Shown here: piece by piece, positions 1-13,579 of the stretch | How the letters are laid out: each line of letters opens with the position of its first letter | How positions within the stretch are numbered: position 1 is the stretch's first letter | Origin: Octopus vulgaris | Taxonomy: Eukaryota | Length of the DNA: 64,000 nt | Direction of reading: 5' to 3' | Assembly (NCBI GenBank): GCA_951406725.2 | Contig: OX597824.1 | Span: 40,176,001 to 40,240,000 of the forward strand | Notes under the pieces: model-generated | Database searches by the model: none | What the model was told of the DNA's origin: nothing | Seen by the model: the letters and a program-made list of their open reading frames with translations, nothing else | Program-made: the position numbers and the translations under genes

Positions 1-458
1 TCTGCAGTCTTTCTCAAGTTCAGTGGCAGCCAGACAGGACATACTGAACCCAGCTACAAATCTTCAGCATTCCACTCATACTTCAACTATCATACATGGC
101 AACCTCGTGCTTCACATGATTCTCTGGTACCTTTACATTTTAAGCCTTTACCTTGCTGTGTTCTCTCCGAATTACTTACCCGAGGCACCGTCAATTCAAC
201 AATCAGAATCTTTTTAACAAATCAAACCATGCTCTAAAGTCAAGGTGCTGCCTTGACTTTATCGCAATATAGCTTGGAAATATGAATAGTACCTTAAAAT
301 CCTTGCAGCACCGTTCAAAAGTTTGTTTCCGCTTTCCCATTTTGTATTTTTACGCTTCTGTGTTGTTATTATTTCTCATTATCCATGACGGAAAAAAGAT
401 GTAATGTTGTGCAGACTTCCACTGTCATTTCATTGACGCTACCGCATCGTTATTTTTG

Positions 459-710
459 TATTGGGTTGTCCGGAAAGTTCGTGCCGATTTTTAAAGGAAA
501 GAAAAAGGTCAATAAATACTACAATCAACCAAATATGAACCAATTTGTTGCACAATGCGTCTCCATCTTTCCTTTAACTTGAAAATACCCTCTTCCCAGA
601 ATTGAGGTGGTTTCTTGGCAAAGAATTCATCAAGGTATCTTTTTATGTCATCCAAGGGATTGAAATTTTTACCATTAAGATTATTCTGCAGAGACCTGAA
701 TAAGTGGAAA
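459..710 (-). mobile_element. Truncated non-autonomous mariner copy (same family as 37321-37880 and 43921-44477)
   Basis: Starts TA|TTGGGTTGTCCGGAAAGTTCGTGCCGATTT, the same TIR as the two complete copies; the internal sequence matches them until a SINE fragment begins at ~715. Confidence 0.85.
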
Positions 711-2652
711 TATTCTTTTCTACTCTAGGCACAAGGCCCGAAATTTTGGGGGAGGGTCCAGTCGATTGGATCGACCTCAGTACGCAACTGGTACTTGATT
801 TATCGTCCCGGAAAGGATAAAAGGCAAAGTTGACCTCGGCGGCTCATCATCAAATATTGACCGAGGACGGAACTACATCGCTCTCAGGAGGAATTAACTG
901 GGTAGGCTCCATTTTTCAGCAACATAATCCGCGGTAGTTTTCTTTGCTCAGCTATCTCCCATGTTGCGAATATGCACCAACTTTCTAACCTGTATCTTAC
1001 AATAACACGATTCTCCTCATCTACATTATCAACTTATTTTCTCTCAATATATCGCTTTTGTTATTCTGGTAAGATATCCACTTTGTTCAATATTCTCACT
1101 CCAATCCGTGTATTCTACAGCAAAAAAACTCTTTCGTTTCCCAGATTGGCTTCTACCGCCACCACAACAGTTTTCCACATGTTCTCGTCAATATGAGACC
1201 CAAAAAATATGAAATCCACCAAGTCCCACTGCTCTTTCGGCAATAAGCTTTTACTACTTTAATTTCGTCCACCGGAAACATTAGACAGTTGCACTTTTGC
1301 AGTAGCACTATAATAGTTAAATTCCTGTAAAGCATTGCGAGGAATCGAATCCTATTCATATGAACTTACTAACACAATTGCCCATACTTTCCACTCTTGT
1401 TAATTTCAAGCATTTGATGTAACCACAAGAACCTTGACAAACGGCCATGTTTATTAACACTATTTTAAACGTTCCGGCCAAATCGAAATTGGAATTGGCA
1501 GTTAATTAATCTTTGCTGTAACTTGACCTCAATGCTGATACCCATCTTTACATTATTTTAAGGGTACTGTGTAGATACGACCAAATCTCTAGGCCACCTA
1601 CTCCTTGGTCATTAGATTCAGTTCCTTTTCAGTCTCAAAATGAAATAATTATTTAAATTAAATCACATCGTGGATTGGTGGCTACTTGGTGGTTGATACG
1701 TAGGTTACATTGTTGGAATTACTAAATCAATCGCAATATGAGAGGTTTGTTTTTTTCACTATTGTCACAATGGTTGTAATGTCGTCCATAAAAACTAGCT
1801 CCGGTAACAGTTCTAAGAGTTTTCCGATCTTCATTTCCTCCGAGTAGCGTCTTTCCCCACTCAATGCCAACCCTATAAGCATCATGAAGAGAAGTAGAGG
1901 AATGGTAACCCCATCACGATGGCTATCGCTAGTATCTGTCAGTTAGCCGAGAACTGTTTTATGGTAGGCTTCAAAACTATTGATCCAAAGTACCACAGCA
2001 GAATTTTCCTTAAACATTCTGGAATGCAAAATCAAAATGCAAAGGTTTGCTTATACACGGATGAAGAACTAATCTATATACATTTTCCAAGTCAGACAAC
2101 CTAAAGGGCTTTTTTCTTTCTTAGTGTGGGACCTTGATATCCTTTTTGCCAGAACTCCATAGAACATTTTTTATTATCTATACTGAGAAGAGCTATCAGA
2201 CGGAATTAACCAACTGATGGCTCCTCCTTATTTATAGGTACCCCCTGTAGACCCTCTACCAATCATCAGTCTTGTATTGCGGTTCCTTTCTCCGCTCGCT
2301 GGGACAGACTCACCAGCACTCTGGAAGCATCATGGCAGAGTTTGTAAAGACAAAGCCCAAAGTACCCCAAGCAACAATTTTGTCTTATGAGGTACTATTT
2401 TTGCTACTTGGGACATTTTCGGAATTTTCTCTCTTCCCAAACGTTATGACTTCTTTGACTGTGGGGGGCAAATGGTCAGACATAATTTTAGGTTTAGTTT
2501 AAAATAACCAATTAGTAATTTGGGTGTCGAAAGACTCATTAATCAGGGTTTGACTAGAGTCTGAGACACTGCATAAAAGGCTCTCAAGTTTTTTGGGTGT
2601 CCTTAATATACGCAAACTTTTTTAGTCAAGTAAACTTTTCTAGCCCTACAAT

Positions 2653-3250
2653 TACTGAAGGCGGTGGTCTATAGAACCACAGTCCTATAAATGAAACCAA
2701 TGGAGATGGAAAACCTGTAAGATCACAGGTATTGACCCCGTATAATCAAAGTCATATGAGTGAAACCATTGAAAGTGATTGTTCTGTATAGCCACAATCA
2801 TAAGACCGAAACCAGTGAAGGTCGTGACACTGCATAATCACTGATATGTGACAGAAACAAGTGAAGGCAGAGACCCTGTATAACCACAGTCTTATAATTT
2901 AAACTACTTAAGGTAGTGACCTTGAATTGTCACTAGCACATGACTAAAAGTACTGAAGGTGGTGACAATTTATAGCTATAGTCCCATGACTAAAATCAGT
3001 GAAGGCAGGAACCCTGTATAACTACAGTCCTTTAACTGAAACCATTGAAGGTGCTAACTCTGTATAGCTATAAACCTTTTACTGAAACATCTGAAGACAG
3101 GCACTCTGTATTGCCAGTGAATGCATTGACCCTGAATAGCTGCGACTCTATGAGTGAGGCCAGTGAAGGAGGTGACCTTGTATTACCGCAGCCCTAAACA
3201 GTTTAAGCTGGTGAACCTGTATAGACACCGTCCTATGACTGAAACCAATA
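2653..3250. repeat. Diverged 46-bp minisatellite, ~12-13 units
   Basis: Consensus ~GAAACCAGTGAAGGTGGTGACCCTGTATAACCACAGTCCTATGACT; GAAACCA recurs at 2762 and 2808, giving a 46-bp period. Confidence 0.85.
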
Positions 3251-4511
3251 AATGAATAGAATAATATAAGAATATATTTTTCTTTATCTCGTCTCTTTCT
3301 GAATAATAGCATCGTTGATTATGTTTCCAATGCATCAAACAATGTTTCACCGCGCCTCTGATAACGCCTTTGACTTGATACTATGTTGTGGCAGTCTACT
3401 GCAGATTGTTCCAAATTCTAGTAAGCGTGTACAGAAAGCGCCTATCCAGAACGTGAATTTTCCATCGAATGTTGAGATTTTGTACGCAGATATGAATGGT
3501 CTTGTCCTTATAAACGGCGAGATTCGTACTCCGGCAGTTGCCTTACTCTGGGTATTTTGACGATTTGTGAATTGTATGCATTTGTTAAGATTGTTACAGC
3601 ATAAAGCTTTATGTTTAAGTTTTAGGTTTTTTGCTTTGATCTTTCTTTTTTCTGTAGCCTCAGCTCCATCAGCTACAAGATCACCTATTTTCTTATGAAT
3701 TGCAGTAGGGAGGCCTTTCACTGCGCAAATAATCCTTGGAGTAAATCATCCTTCTTAGACGGCCTGTGTAAAAACAGATTGACTGTAAACGACATTATTG
3801 GATCAAAAGGCGCAAACATTACTGCGATCTTTCACACCGATAACCACAAGCACCAAATAAGCCCTTCACAGCCCGATAAGAACAATCTATTCTTATATTA
3901 CACTGAGAACATTGCGTTTGCTGATGTGCGTAAAGCTTTCAAATGGTAGAATTAAATAAAGCCTCACGAAGCAGTGTTATATAAAAGTTATGCGTGTAAA
4001 CTCGTTTTTCACAGGTTCGAGCACACTCGAACGTGGGAAGACCTTTTACTGAGGAAATAATCCCGTAAGAAAATTTTCCTCGTAGACATGTATGAAAATA
4101 TATTGGACTATGAATGACATCATTAGATCGAAGAATACATGTGTTTCAGCGCCTTTATTTATAGGCACCATCCTCACCTTATATCGAAAATTTAGATTTC
4201 ATTTGTTTTTAATACACCTTATTTTCATTTTCCTTTCTTTCCGTTGCATTCGCTCTTTCTCTTTGCATTCATGTATTTATACGTCTTGTGTATCTCTTTT
4301 TTAACTTTTTACTTGTTTCAGTCATTAAACTGCGGCCATGCTGGGGCACTGCCTTGAAGAGTTTTCGGTCGAATGAAACGAGCCCAGTACTTTTTTCTGA
4401 GCCTGATACTTATTTTGTTGGTATCTTTTGGCAAACGGATAAGTTACAGGGACGTAATGTTGCATTACTGTAGGTGAGTGACTGGGGTCTGCGGAATGAG
4501 ACACAATACGA

Positions 4512-4690
<179 letters not shown>

Positions 4691-5882
4691 GATGGTTGAG
4701 TCAAGAAGAAAAATGTAGATAAATAGTTTGGGGGAACGGAGGACTGAATATGCATAATGAAATGAAGATACAGGAATAAGAAACTGTGTGTCTTCAATTC
4801 ACTGGTTGAAGCTTATTAATCGTTGCCAATCAGCTGTGCAGCATCTGCTCTAGTTCCCACTTATTTTCACTATGATCAAGGCGGTGTCTCCATTTCCGGT
4901 CCTAATATTACACTCTTCAACTTCCTTTTTACACCAAGCTTGCCATGTAAACAGGCATCGAAAATCTATATGGCTCTGTTCTTTTTCTTCAACAACGCTT
5001 ATTCTTTTTATTTCTCTTTGATGAAGTATATAACCCAAAACGTTAGATCATTTCCTGTCCTTTTCATTCGGCGTAATTGATTTCATTATACACATTTATT
5101 TTCATTGTATACATTCTTTGAGTCTTATACTTTCGTTTCATATTCGGTCGCTTTTTCAAAGCACATATTTTATTAATCTAACTTCATATTTTATTTACTT
5201 GTTTGTCTCTTCCTTATCTCATAATTTCCCTTGTTCACTCTACCATCCTGTGCAATTTGAACGACCTATGTCAATTAATGCCCATTTTTTGCGTTATGTA
5301 TGGTACAACCGTCGCGTATGGATGAATGAACACACCACTTTATGTTCTCTTTAAAATATGAGTATGTGTATTAAAGTGGACACTAGCACACAATATTTAG
5401 TGAACCAAGAAATTTTAATTAATTACATAATATCTAATTAATCATAATTACACAATGAAGAAAACACACCATTACGTAAATGATAAATTTGTGGTAAACA
5501 AGAAAAAATAGAACACTGAACTTTTAATTAAAACTAAATTAATTTTTCAGCGTACTGCCTCAAGTATGCTAACGCCCATTTTACTATTAAATTTTCATAC
5601 GGCAGGGATCTCTGGTTGTCCCGCCCATCCAGTAGCTCACTGCATTGTATTCTGTATTAGTGTAGTCTTTGCGTATGCAATTAGGCTGTAATTGTATTTC
5701 CTTTTATGTACGTCTGGATGAACAAACAACCTTTATTAGATTAAGCCTATTATCTAAGACACCTCCAGATTAACGAGAGGACAGAAGTAAGGAATAAAAA
5801 CAATGATAATTAATTTAATAGACGCAACCATACAATCTCATACAAACTGACTCAAACACTTACACTCGCATTTGTGTGTGTG

Positions 5883-5978
<96 letters not shown>

Positions 5979-6002
5979 CATTCATTCATATACATATATA
6001 TA

Positions 6003-6158
6003 TTTCTTTACTACCCACAAGGGGCTAAACACAGAGGAGACAAACAAGGACAGACCAACAGATTAAGTCGATTACATCGACCTCAGTGCGTAACTGGTAC
6101 TTAATTTATCGACCCCGGAAGGATGAAAGGCAAAGTCGACCTCGGCGGAATTTGAACT
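6003..6158 (-). mobile_element. SINE family A, 3' half
   Basis: Reverse complement of the GAGTTCAAATTCCGCCGAGGTCGACTTTGCCTTTCATCC...GTGGGTAGTAAAGAAA body seen at 9752, 23931 and 40887. Confidence 0.85.
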
Positions 6159-6316
6159 ACATAGCTCCATACATGCATACACACAAACACACACACACAT
6201 AGTTTCGGCTGTTATATTTCGTTTATTATATTATTGTTTTAATATACGTGTGTGTGAGCGCCCGTGTGCGTGTGTGTGTGTGTGTGCATGTGTGTGTGTG
6301 TGTGCGTGTGTGTGTA

Positions 6317-6371
<55 letters not shown>

Positions 6372-6902
6372 TTTCGGGCTGTTGTACGTCAGTCATTGCA
6401 TTATTGCTCTCAACATATTTTTCGAGTTATTTTTCTAAGATGCTTAAGACGCAAAAATAAAAGAAAATATAAAACAGTCGAAGCAGCTTATCATCATAAT
6501 CATGAATCACGTTATCAACCAGTAATCATTAACACAATTAACTGGTTTTCAAAGCTTCGGATTTTTCGAGTAAATCCGCTTCCCAAACTCTGTAATGACT
6601 ACAGAGATTAAAACAAAAGCACCCCTGTCTGCTGAAACGCGTAAGAAACGTATGGGAAAACGGCGGCAGTTGTAGCGGTGGCGGCGGTTGTGTTGGCAAC
6701 GCTGGCGGTGATGGTGACGGTGGTATTGGTTTTCGTAAAAGAATAGTGAAGTGAGGTGGGGTGTGGGTACTGGTGTGCTAAGTTTGGCCAGCGTGACCGG
6801 CGGAATATACGTGTAGAGGAAACTTTCTTTTTCATGATCAATGATAATGTTATGAACCGATTATTGTTCTCAAAATGAGTGGTATTTGAACTCCATAATT
6901 CA

Positions 6903-7693
6903 CCCTTCGTGGGCTAGCGAGAAGCCTTGGGACCCCAGTAAAATTTTAAAGGTGTGCAAGTTTTAGATCTTTTGTTCAAATGATTTTTATATCTCACGAC
7001 TTTTATTGTCAATAGTTTATGTATACACATACAAATTTGTGTAAAAAATTTCCAGTCATATGGATGTTAAAGCATAAAATAAGGTAATTGGGGTCCAACC
7101 GGACCCCACTGGCCTTCTGCGCATTTTTTTCTGTTCTTTTTTCAGATATTCTGATGAACTCTAAATCAATTTTCTTCGTATTTCTACTGTTATGAACCGA
7201 TATACTAAATATTTTTGTTTTATTTTATATTTAGAGCTATATGCATAGTTTATAAAACTATAAAAAATGTTCTGTTGTGTCTGGAGGGAGTCATTTTCTT
7301 TTTGTGCCTTATAATGTAACACACTCACCGGTAAAATTTCCCCCGGACTCCCCAGACACAACAGAATATGCTTCAACACACGAACTCATATAAAGAATCT
7401 TGCAAGACAAATCCGAAAACGAAATATAAAAAATGTTGATTTCTTTCAATAAAGGTTATTTTTTTTCAGTCAAGGAATTATATTTCAATTGTCCCTCCAT
7501 TAAACGCTAATAATTACAAATATATTTCTATAAAGTGCTAAATTTCTTGTTCTGTATCATGCAGTCATACATATATGCAAGATTAAACAAATATTATTTT
7601 ATGGATAAGGCGGAAATGCACAAAAATAAAAGTGAATCCCTCAGTATCCCAATGGCCTTTTGTGTCATTCCAACCTCGCCGGCCCACGAAGGG
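6903..7693. mobile_element. Non-autonomous piggyBac-like element
   Basis: TIRs CCCTTCGTGGGCTAGCGAG / CTCGCCGGCCCACGAAGGG; TTAA on the right (7694-7697) and TTCA (one change) on the left. Confidence 0.75.
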
Positions 7694-7839
7694 TTAAACT
7701 AAATTAAACGTTATCCGCTTATTTGAATTAAACGTCTTGGTAGTTTTGTATCTTTGCTTAATGTTATCAACATGTTTCTATTGTCGGAAAGATTTCATCC
7801 AAAACTTACCATCATAAGTAAATTGACGTTGACGTTTTT

Positions 7840-7950
7840 TATCTTACCTGGGGCACTAACAATAACAGGAACAGTTGTCGCTTTAAGATGCCACATCTTT
7901 TGTATTCCAATTTCCAGGACCTTATATTTACTTAATTTGTCAAATTCCTC
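7840..7950 (-). mobile_element. R4/Dong-type (RLE) non-LTR retrotransposon fragment next to (TAA)n
   Basis: Minus strand reads EFDKLSKYKVLEIGIQKMWHLKATTVPVIVSA, like the K..KY.DL..EI..MW....VPVVIGALG motif of RLE domains; it lies beside the (TAT)n tract at 7985-8103. Confidence 0.7.
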
Positions 7951-7989
7951 AATTTGCCAAATTCCTTATATTTGTCAAATTCCTTATTA

Positions 7990-8104
<115 letters not shown>

Positions 8105-8393
8105 CGTATTGGCTGGACGCGTATCGAATAGCTCATAATTTTTATCTGTTTATATGTGCCTCCAAAACTTGTTAATTGTTCAATATTGTTAATCTTGAAA
8201 CCACCAGTATTGTATAGGTCTGCTTGGTTTGCTTGTTTGTACTCCTTTAGGGGCTAAAATTCGAAAAGAAAATTTTCATTTTGTTATGGAAAAGAATAAC
8301 TTTAAAAACAAACATGACGATGTCCACCCTGCTGAGGGACGCGAGTTGGGATGTCAGAGGTAGCTCTAATAGTGAGTTATAATATGTGTAATG

Positions 8394-8777
8394 GAGGCGC
8401 AATGGCCCAGTGGTTAGGGCAGCGGACTCGCGGTCATAGGATCGCGGTTTCGATTCCCAGACCGGGCGTTGTGAGTGTTTCTTGAGCGAAAACACCTAAA
8501 AAGCTCCACGAGGCTCCGGCAGGGGACGGTGGTGATCCCTGCTGTACTCTTTCACCACAACTTTCTCTCACTCTTACTTCCTGTTTCTGTTGTACCTGTA
8601 TTTCAAGGGGCCGGCCTTGTCACTCTCTGTGTCACGCTGAATATCCCCGAGAACTACGTTAAGGGTGCACGTGTCTGTGGAGTGCTCAGCCACTTACACG
8701 TTAATTTCACGAGCAGGCTGTTCCGTTGATTCGGATCAACCGGAACCCTCATCGTCGTAACCGACGGAGTGCTTCCA
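8394..8777 (+). mobile_element. tRNA-derived SINE family B
   Basis: Head GAGGCGCAATGGCCCAGTGGTTAGG (A box) ... GTTTCGATTCCC (B box); the same head recurs at 9125, 22764 (-), 36091 and 50576. Confidence 0.85.
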
Positions 8778-9124
8778 TAATACATGTTAGAGTCCTCCAC
8801 CTTCACCCCTCAAATAGAAGGAGACACCAAGTTCAAAGTCCAGAGGACCACACTATGACGACTAACAGAAACAACTGTAACAACACAGCACAGTAATTTA
8901 ATTCTATGAAATTGACTTCCTGAAATAAAAGGGACAATACCACAGACATCAAACAACAGCGACAACAATGCGACCACGGACATGGATATCACCATCTCCA
9001 TCACCACCACCACTGCAACCACAAAAATCCTGATAGAAGGAAAAAACAAAAAACAAAAATAAATGTAATCTCGGCAACACAAATGGCAATAATATTTCGA
9101 ACGTGAATAACAACACCAACAGCA

Positions 9125-9495
9125 GGAGGCACAATGGCCCAGTGGTTAAGGCAGCGGACTCGCGGTCGGAGGACCGCGGTTTCGATTCCCAGACCGGGTG
9201 TTGTGTGTGTGTTTATTGAGCGAAAACACCTAAAGCACCACGAGACTCCGGCAGGTGGTGGTGGCGACCCCTGTTGTACTCTTTCGCCCCAACTTACTCT
9301 CACTCTTTCTTCCTGTTTCTTTTCCCCGACTTCCTACGCAACCGCTGAGCCTGGATGCGCATTCATCCATCCGTCGATGCTCTTGGTGTAGGGGGTTGAC
9401 CTGCTTTCTCTTCTGCGGGTCTTAAGAATAGCAAAGGACCACGTTTCAGACTTCTCTCATTTCGCCAGCTCTAGGACGAAGACCTTTCGCTCAAC
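9125..9495 (+). mobile_element. tRNA-derived SINE family B with a different 3' body, in a (CAA/CAC)n tract
   Basis: Same Pol III head as 8394; the 3' body diverges from that copy; ends in a CAACAG repeat. Confidence 0.8.
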
Positions 9496-9599
9496 AGCAA
9501 CAGCAACACCAACACCAACACCAACAGCAATAACAACAACAATACATTCGCAGCAACGGCTTCTAAGGGCACTTAAATGTATAACATGGATATACTACA

Positions 9600-10264
9600 G
9601 AAAGTCATATGTCTCACCCAAGCGACCAAACCGATTAAGCACCAGCTTGTTGTGCTCTAGCATCTGGTCTGTTTCTATTGAGAAATCCCACAGGATATTG
9701 CAGGTCTCCGCCTTCGCCACTCTTTCTACTTTATACTCATACTACGTCTTGAAGGCGGCGAGCTGGCAGAAACGTTAGCGCGCCGGGCGAAATGCTTAGC
9801 GGTATTTCGTCTGTCGCCCTTGTGGGTAATAAAGAAATAGGTATTTCGTCTGCCGCTACGTTCTGAGTTCAAATTCCTTCGAGGTCGACTTTGCCATTCA
9901 TCCTTTCAGGGTCGATAAATAAAGTACCAGTTACGCACTGGGGTTGATCTAATCGTCTTAATCCCTTTGTTTGTCCTTGTTTGTCCCCTCTATGTTTAGC
10001 CCCTTGTGAGCAATAAAGAAATGTATACTCATACTACGTCTTGCATCTCTCTAGACCCCACTTTTCACATAGTTTCCAATGTAGCACTTCTGCGCTACCT
10101 CGTCGTATCGGCACAACTTATAATGACTCTGGGAAAGTCTGGGACATTCGTTCACGATATGGGCAATGGTTTCGTCAACTCTATTAGAGATTCGGTACAG
10201 TGGAGACATTTGCTCGTTCTTAAGGTAGACCCTCCAGTTTGTGAATTGTTGATTTTTATTGTTT
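9600..10264 (-). mobile_element. RLE-type non-LTR retrotransposon remnant (zinc finger to endonuclease), split by a SINE
   Basis: Minus strand reads DETIAHIVNECPRLSQSHYKLCRYDEVA (10050-10200), then NILWDFSIETDQMLEHNK (~9640-9705), matching the ET..HI...C..LA...Y..RHD and ILWDF.IQTD..LEHNRPD motifs of R4/Dong/NeSL elements. Confidence 0.75.
9752..10023 (+). mobile_element. SINE family A with 20-bp TSD
   Basis: TSD TATACTCATACTACGTCTTG at 9732-9751 and 10024-10043. Confidence 0.92.
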
Positions 10265-10265
10265 A

Positions 10266-10627
10266 CTAGCACTATGACCCGGCAACGCCGGGTCATAGTG
10301 CTAGTGTATGCATATACAGCTGCCTGCGTGCGCACATATATGCGAGTACTGTCCAAGTCTCCGACCAATCATATACAGCTAGCTGGCATTCAATTGGCGT
10401 ATCAAGTTTTGGGCATTTTGATTGGATTTTGGATAGAAAATTCACAAAAAAGTCACTTCTATTGATTTTTAATGGCTTTGCGGAGTGACTTGGTAAATGT
10501 AAAGATGTGCACGATCACCCTTGGATGGCTTTGAATGACCATAATAAGTGCGAGCCCTCTAACTGAAAAATTGTGGATTTGTATAGAGGACACACACAAG
10601 ACATTTTGCCGTTTATATATAGAGAGA
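10266..10627 (-). mobile_element. Non-autonomous Helitron (~360 bp)
   Basis: Minus strand begins A|TCTCTCTATATATAAAC and ends ...GCCGGGTCATAGTGCTAG|T: TC start, CTAG end, insertion between A and T, no TSD, terminal hairpin at 10265-10305. Confidence 0.75.
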
Positions 10628-11113
10628 TTCGTGTTTATGCAAATCCCCATTGTCTTTTGTCGCTGAATTCCTTTTGTGGCCCCTGTGGCCAATAACGAAA
10701 CTACTACTACTATTACTACTACTACAATTATTACTACTAAGGCGGTGGGCTGGAAGACTCGTTAGTGCTTCTTACAAAATACTTAGCGACATTTTTCCCG
10801 GCTCTCTGTGTTCTGAGAAAGCGTAGAAACAAAGCTGACTTCGGTAAATTGATCATTTTGATCAGTAAAAAGGTCAACCATCGTTATTTGGAGACCGTCC
10901 AAAAAGCAGTCGGATTCGGACCCATTCTCAGAGGTTGGGTCGCTGCAATGTACAGCAGCATCTATTTGTGCAGCTGAGTATTGCAGCGATTGCAATTTGA
11001 CGTTGGCGTGATTTGAACTCAGAGCGCCAACAGGAGGAACAAATATCACGGGGCTTTCCTCCGACGCTGTAATGATTCCGTCAATTCGCTGCTTTCCCAT
11101 AGATCTACACATA

Positions 11114-11343
11114 TTTCTTTACTACCCACAAGGGGCCAAACACAGAGGGGACAAACAAGGACAGACAAACGGATCATGTCGATTACATCGCCCCCAGTGC
11201 GTAACTGGTACTTAATTTATCGACCCCGAAAGGATGAAAGGCAAAGTCGACCTCGGCGGAATTTGAACTCTGAACGTAACGGCAGACGAAATAGGCTACG
11301 CATTTCGCCTGGCGTGCTAACGTTTCCGCCAGCTTGCTGCCTT
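11114..11343 (-). mobile_element. SINE family A with TSD
   Basis: TSD CCATAGATCTACACATA at 11097-11113 and 11344-11360. Confidence 0.92.
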
Positions 11344-12189
11344 CCATAGATCTACACATAGTTAACTGAAAGTTCTACATCAGCAAACACAGAGAAACAG
11401 AAAGAGGGCAGATGCAGATAGACAGTGGGGAGAGACAGAGAGAGAGAAAGAGATTAAATACACACATTCAAATTCACAAATAAATGCATTCACACAAATA
11501 TACACGAGTTCAAAGTAATTTAAAATGCCGTAGTTATTACACTATGTATAATAGTTTCAGTCGGTTGACACAATTTGTAATAATTTTACATTTTTCACGG
11601 ACTCATAAATTTGTAGGAGTGGGGTTTAATTTTAAACAGTGGTTATTATTCTATTGCAAGTTTAAGAATAACAACAGGACATTTACTGACAGGAAGCGAC
11701 TCAACACTGACAGTCGAGTTAAATTCATTGAAAAATTAGAATTGTCTTAGACTTTAAGTTTCGCCGGACTGGACGAATAAGCTGTCAAGCGAAAAGTAAA
11801 GTCTTAATCAACGCGAACTTAACACTAAATAGGTATTTGCTTCTAAGCGACTGAATCAATCGTAATGTGTTACATACTGATTTTGTTATTGTTGTTGTTG
11901 TCGTTGTCATTATTGTTGTCATTTAGCCTCCCCGCTCCTTCCCATGTTAGCTCTGGACTACAAAACCTATGATGAAATATTTCGCCGTGAGTTAACATAA
12001 TTTAAATGGATACTGTTCTTGTCATTTAGCCCCCATGCCAGACGTGATCGAGAAATTCTATGATCAAAGGTATTCCGTCCGTAACGGCCTGGCCTTTTTC
12101 TTTCAAATCCCTTTAGCCAATGTATTTATAAGGCTGTTATATTATTGAGTGAGAGAGCAGTTCTTGCCATCAAAGAGACAATGGGGTAA

Positions 12190-12490
12190 AATATACCAAG
12201 CTCAGTATGCCCATCATGACTACTCGTCAGATAAGGGTACACCAGCACATGCATCATATCCTTATGTGCGCGACATAGTGATCTCAAATCAAGATCCACT
12301 TAGAATTTTCTTCAGGTCGGGTAGCCTCAAAAGGTCCCTAAATAAGAGTTGTTTAAGGGTGTTGAATGAAATATCCATGTTTCCGAAGGTGTATTATCCA
12401 AACCCCAAAGAAATTCCTCTCAACACTTGGCTATGATGCTCCCCCATTACTTCTGCTCTTGATCAGAGATGCACATATCGTCAGCCACCA
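12190..12490. repeat. Dispersed repeat, unclassified (second copy at ~62800-63065)
   Basis: Shares ATAAGGGTACACCAG...TTAGAATTTTCTTC...GGTCCCT.AATAAG..TTGTTTAAG...CCATGTTTCC...TTATCCAAACC...TTCCTCTCA.CAC with the 62.8-kb copy. Confidence 0.75.
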
Positions 12491-12579
12491 AGAAACATGC
12501 TGAACTGGTTAAGGTCAAACAACTGACAAGCAAATCTGTGGTATTGAACAGAATATTGAGTAGAATATTATTATTTCTT

Positions 12580-12626
12580 GTTGTCGTTGTTGTTGTTGCT
12601 GCTGCTGCTGCTGCTGTTGTTGTTGC

Positions 12627-12690
<64 letters not shown>

Positions 12691-12740
12691 GCTGCTGTTG
12701 TTGTTGCTATTATTATTATTATCATCATCATTATTATTAA
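12580..12740. repeat. (TTG/CTG)n trinucleotide tract
   Basis: Directly visible; explains the poly-V/L/T/N ORFs in the track. Confidence 0.95.
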
Positions 12741-13579
12741 GGCGGCGAGCTGGAAGAATCGTTAGCACTCCGGGCAAAATGCTTAGGAGATCGATAAAAT
12801 AAGTACCAGTTGAGCACTGGATCGATGTAACCAAGTAGCAATCCCTTCAAAATTTCAGACGTTGTGCCTATAGCAAAAAGGATATTAAAACAAAATGGTA
12901 ATGATTAATCAATAACCGAGAAGTTTATTTGATTGATTCACTTATGTTCTTCAAGAATGAAAAATTGATCCTAGATTGCTCAAACATCCTATTCAGTTTA
13001 AAATACCAGAACGAATTCTCATGCCTTTGGAAATTAATACAAGAATACATTCGTACATATACATACATACAGACCGGCAGACAGACAGAGAAATGTAGGT
13101 ACATAAAATACCATACAATATAAACTCGTTATTTATTGAAATTATCTTTACCTCTAAAGGATGTGTCACAATTACCAAATGACAATTGAGATCATCTCCA
13201 TCTAAGAAGGAAGATCATCCCCATGTAAGAAAGAAGATAATCTCCAGAATCAAGAATACTTAAAAGTTAACATGCCATCAACAAAATAACTTACATATTG
13301 TCTAGAAATAAGGGGACAATCGTGGACTGTCACTAGGCATCATCAGCACGACGGTTGTCCCAGCCTATCCCCAGTGGTCAAGGGACATACATACATACAT
13401 ACATACATACATGATGATGATGGCCGTCCACTCGTGACTACTGTTGACCTTTAGGAACCTTGTGCGCTGTAGGACGAACATTTTGCATTTACGGCTCCGT
13501 TGGTGGCTAATGAATCCTGCTCTTGTCAATCATACACGACTACTGACATTGCAAACTAAGCTTTCCCCATTCACTATGC

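Noticed and set aside
844-2520. Possible LINE ORF2 remnants on the minus strand
   Set aside because: Too degraded to identify a diagnostic motif by eye; needs a translated search.
2653-3250. CRISPR-like array
   Set aside because: Eukaryotic context, with contiguous diverged units, no unique spacers and no cas genes.
3347-3721. 124-aa minus-strand ORF
   Set aside because: No motif I can recognise and no splice context; possibly a decayed transposon, left uncalled.
10783-11112. 109-aa minus-strand ORF of ordinary-looking composition
   Set aside because: Both ends are degenerate SINE family A sequence, there is no recognisable domain, and no convincing splice sites.
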